Below are positions 52,570 to 62,079 of a stretch of 62,079 nucleotides of DNA, in pieces. The first letter of the stretch is position 1; each line of letters opens with the position of its first letter. This stretch comes from Guillardia theta CCMP2712 (taxonomy: Eukaryota > Protista > Cryptophyta), in contig NW_005434516.1 of assembly GCF_000315625.1 (NCBI RefSeq), forward strand, positions 23,918 to 85,996, in the 5' to 3' direction. Under the pieces are notes generated by a model. That model made no database searches and was not told the DNA's origin. It saw nothing but the letters and a program-made list of their open reading frames with translations. A program made the translations under genes and the position numbers.

Positions 52570-54069
52570 CCTCAATCAAGAGGAGCTCAGGCTAGCCCGA
52601 GGCAAAGAAAATACTCCGATCAAAGTGAAAAACCCCTTCCTCGGCCTGAGATATCACTGTCGAAATAATCTCACGTCAGATTTCCTGCCTTGTGGTCCAG
52701 TGGATGCAGGGCAATGGGCGGAGGTAGTAAAGCCTGCTACTCACATCAGCCTTCATTCATTAATGCGAGTACAAAGAATGTTTTCACTGCATTGGTTTCT
52801 TTGTACTCACTAGTTGGCACGGTGAAATGAGCAAAGGAATCGTCACATCAAAATTGAAACCAACACATGCCCACTCGTCATCGCAAGAATGCAAACAGGA
52901 AGTATATCTTCTTGAAAAAAATATATCAACAAAATAATGCAAAGAGAGTAACATTTGCTGCCACCGCCATCGTTCTTCTACTACTTAGGCATTCGCACTG
53001 CAGGGGCGAGGCGGAGGGAGCAAGAGGTACCGGTAGTCTTGACCCTTGTTCCAGACGAGAGATGGGTGGGGTGCCTTCCAGACGGCAGAGGAGACGAACC
53101 TCTCAGAAATATACTTGAAAAGTTCTATTCTTGGTGCAAAGTGTACCATTATCTCCAGATTTCAGGTACTTCTGCGAGGCTAGCCGACTCCGTCACGTCA
53201 CCGAACCCACTCCTTCACTCTAAAAACATTATAATTATACAACAACAAACCCACGTGACGTATGTAAGGGGTATCTCCCAAAGGGGCATCAAAACAAAAA
53301 AAGGTTGTACAAACGAAGCCAGTGGGTGGTACAAGAGGACCCATACAAGATCCAAATTGGCCTCTGCGCTTTCTTCTCAGCGCAAGTGACTATATGTATT
53401 TAAAAAAGGCACTAAGAATAGATATCACGGTCGGTGCTGACATAAAACTTCTTTTAATGATTTGTTACTGCCAGGACCAGAACTGATCTCGAGATCGTTA
53501 AAAAAGGAGACGACATATCCGCAAAAAAAGACAATGGGGCGGGCTCAGATAATGGGGGCATCAACCAGGCATCAACAGCCAATAGATGCTTTACTACCTG
53601 GAAGCAATCAATGCCCTTCGATCCAGTCGTAGAATCATCGGTCACATGGGAGCACAACCCATAACGGTTATGATAGGGGGTTAAAAGAGAACCGTGCTAA
53701 AAAAAATTAAAACAGTAAGCAAGTCGCTGCGTGTGGTATCAAGTGATTCTGAAACGTTGCAATACCTCAACGTATAGTAGAAGGGTGAATCTTCAGACGA
53801 CTTTCCAAACTATTCCGTGCCCAACATCTTGAGATCTGATCTCAGGATTACATCCCCTCCATCGCCTGCAGGGTTGCACTCACTTGAAGGAAGGGTGAAC
53901 GTGCACAGGGGTCGCTTCACACTACCCCTTCTTTGCTACTGCACTACCCACCCAATTATCGTCTCTGCGACTCCTCGATCCTTCAGTAGTAGCAGAGGTA
54001 CCTACTGGCCTTTTACTCTGTACTGGAAGCAAACTTGACTAAAATGTCTCGTGCTGTCGTTCCACCAGT

Positions 54070-55235
54070 CTGGCAGGCAGACAAGCCGGGGCGGATCGGA
54101 CCGGGCTCAGTTTAGAGCCTAGTTACCGGCGTGCCGCGCAGTGCCGCAGTGGCGGGCCGTAGCACTGGGCCGGGGGCCGGGCTCACAGTGACTCCCCCGG
54201 GCGCCCGGCCCCGCCGGGCCGGGCCGCCGCTCAACTGACTGTACTCAAAGTTAAGTTGACGGTGATTCGCTGAAATTCAGTTCAACCGTGACTGTGACAC
54301 GCGGGGTCGATCGGACGGTACGTACGGCGTATTGTATACTCACACGCCACTTGAACACTCGACCGTGTTTTCACCGTGTTGTCATTGAAGTTTACGGTTG
54401 AATTTCCCAGCAGATGACGGATGACGGACCCGGCGTACTCCGGCCCGGGATCCGTAGTACTGTGATAACTGATCAATAGTAGCGATCACGGCGATGGCCG
54501 CGCACTGGTGACTCGAATACGCCGCACGGCGGTCCAAGTGACTACGGTATGATCCTTCAAGTAAGTACCGACGACCCCGGCGGCGCGGGCCGGGTCCGGC
54601 CCTCCCCCGCAGCGGCGTCCCGGTCCCGAGTCCACTGACGTGACACGGCGGGCCGTCACGACACTGACTCGAGCCTGGAGAACTTGCCGGGCCTGGTGAC
54701 CCGATCCGCCGCCGATGCCACAGTGTGTACGGTCCGATCCTCCGATGTCCAGGCTCGTGCCGCCAGCCCGCCCAGGATCCAGTACGCCGGGCGGCGTCTC
54801 AGTTTTCGGGTTCAGGCCGGGCAGCGCTGAGCCGCCTGCTGTGACTCCCGCCGTCCGGCGGCCGAACTTAAGGCTTCCGAGTTCGGAACCCCCGCCGGGC
54901 CCCGGAAGTTGTTCCCGAGTCCGGCCCGGCGCCGCTGAGTCTTTTGGCCGCGCGGCGGGCCTGGCTGGGCCATGTCCATGGCGTCCGAGTCAGTGACCCC
55001 CGGGCCGCGGCGGGGGCACTGGGGGGCCAATGTCACGAGTCTCGCCCACTCGGTGACTGCCAGTCACTGAGTTGAGTGCTAGGCTGATCATCGGATCGGG
55101 CCGGTCCGATCCGAGCCTGAGTGGCAGTGGCAGTCACCCGGCACGGCACGGTACGGTCAGACTGAAACTTTACTAAGTTACTCAAAGTACGGTACGGTGT
55201 CTCCCCGGCGGGCCCGCCCCGGGGCCGCGCCGGCC
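54070..55235. promoter_or_regulatory. GC-rich divergent promoter island of about 1.1 kb with TACTCAAAGT(TAAGTT) motifs
   Basis: Between the polyQ gene (-) and TRM3 (+); motifs at 54241-54259 and about 55178. Confidence 0.5.

Positions 55236-62079
<6,844 letters not shown>

Overview
Eukaryotic nuclear DNA with many ~45-60 nt GT-AG introns, purine-rich or microsatellite-filled longer introns and GC-rich islands at gene 5' ends. The style fits a cryptophyte alga such as Guillardia theta (inference). Two 100-N assembly gaps lie at 5157-5256 and 28692-28791. Recognisable genes: an RNI-like LRR protein, Pol III subunit RPC4, a CNEP1R1/Spo7-like lipin-phosphatase regulator, a signal-peptide TPR protein, a QNG1/DUF2419 queuosine-salvage-like protein, a Ser/Thr kinase, a very large polyQ plus NPHP3-like TPR protein, and TRM3/TARBP1. 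The centre holds a young Ty1/copia LTR retrotransposon (25935-32628, minus strand) with TSD TCAGG, TGTTGAAG...CTTCAACA termini and a PPT. It has lost most of its 5' LTR, the PBS and most of gag, so Pol now starts at an LTR-encoded ATG, and its integrase C-terminus carries a Tudor-like module. Also present: three small unrecognised paralog families (intronless RVxF-motif proteins, a CKDAFEEFF pair, a cluster sharing a 100%-identical 176-bp cassette) and a recurring ~20-36 bp TTTACTSAAAGTTAAGTT motif at the GC islands. Exon boundaries and family calls were made by eye from recalled sequences; no searches were run.
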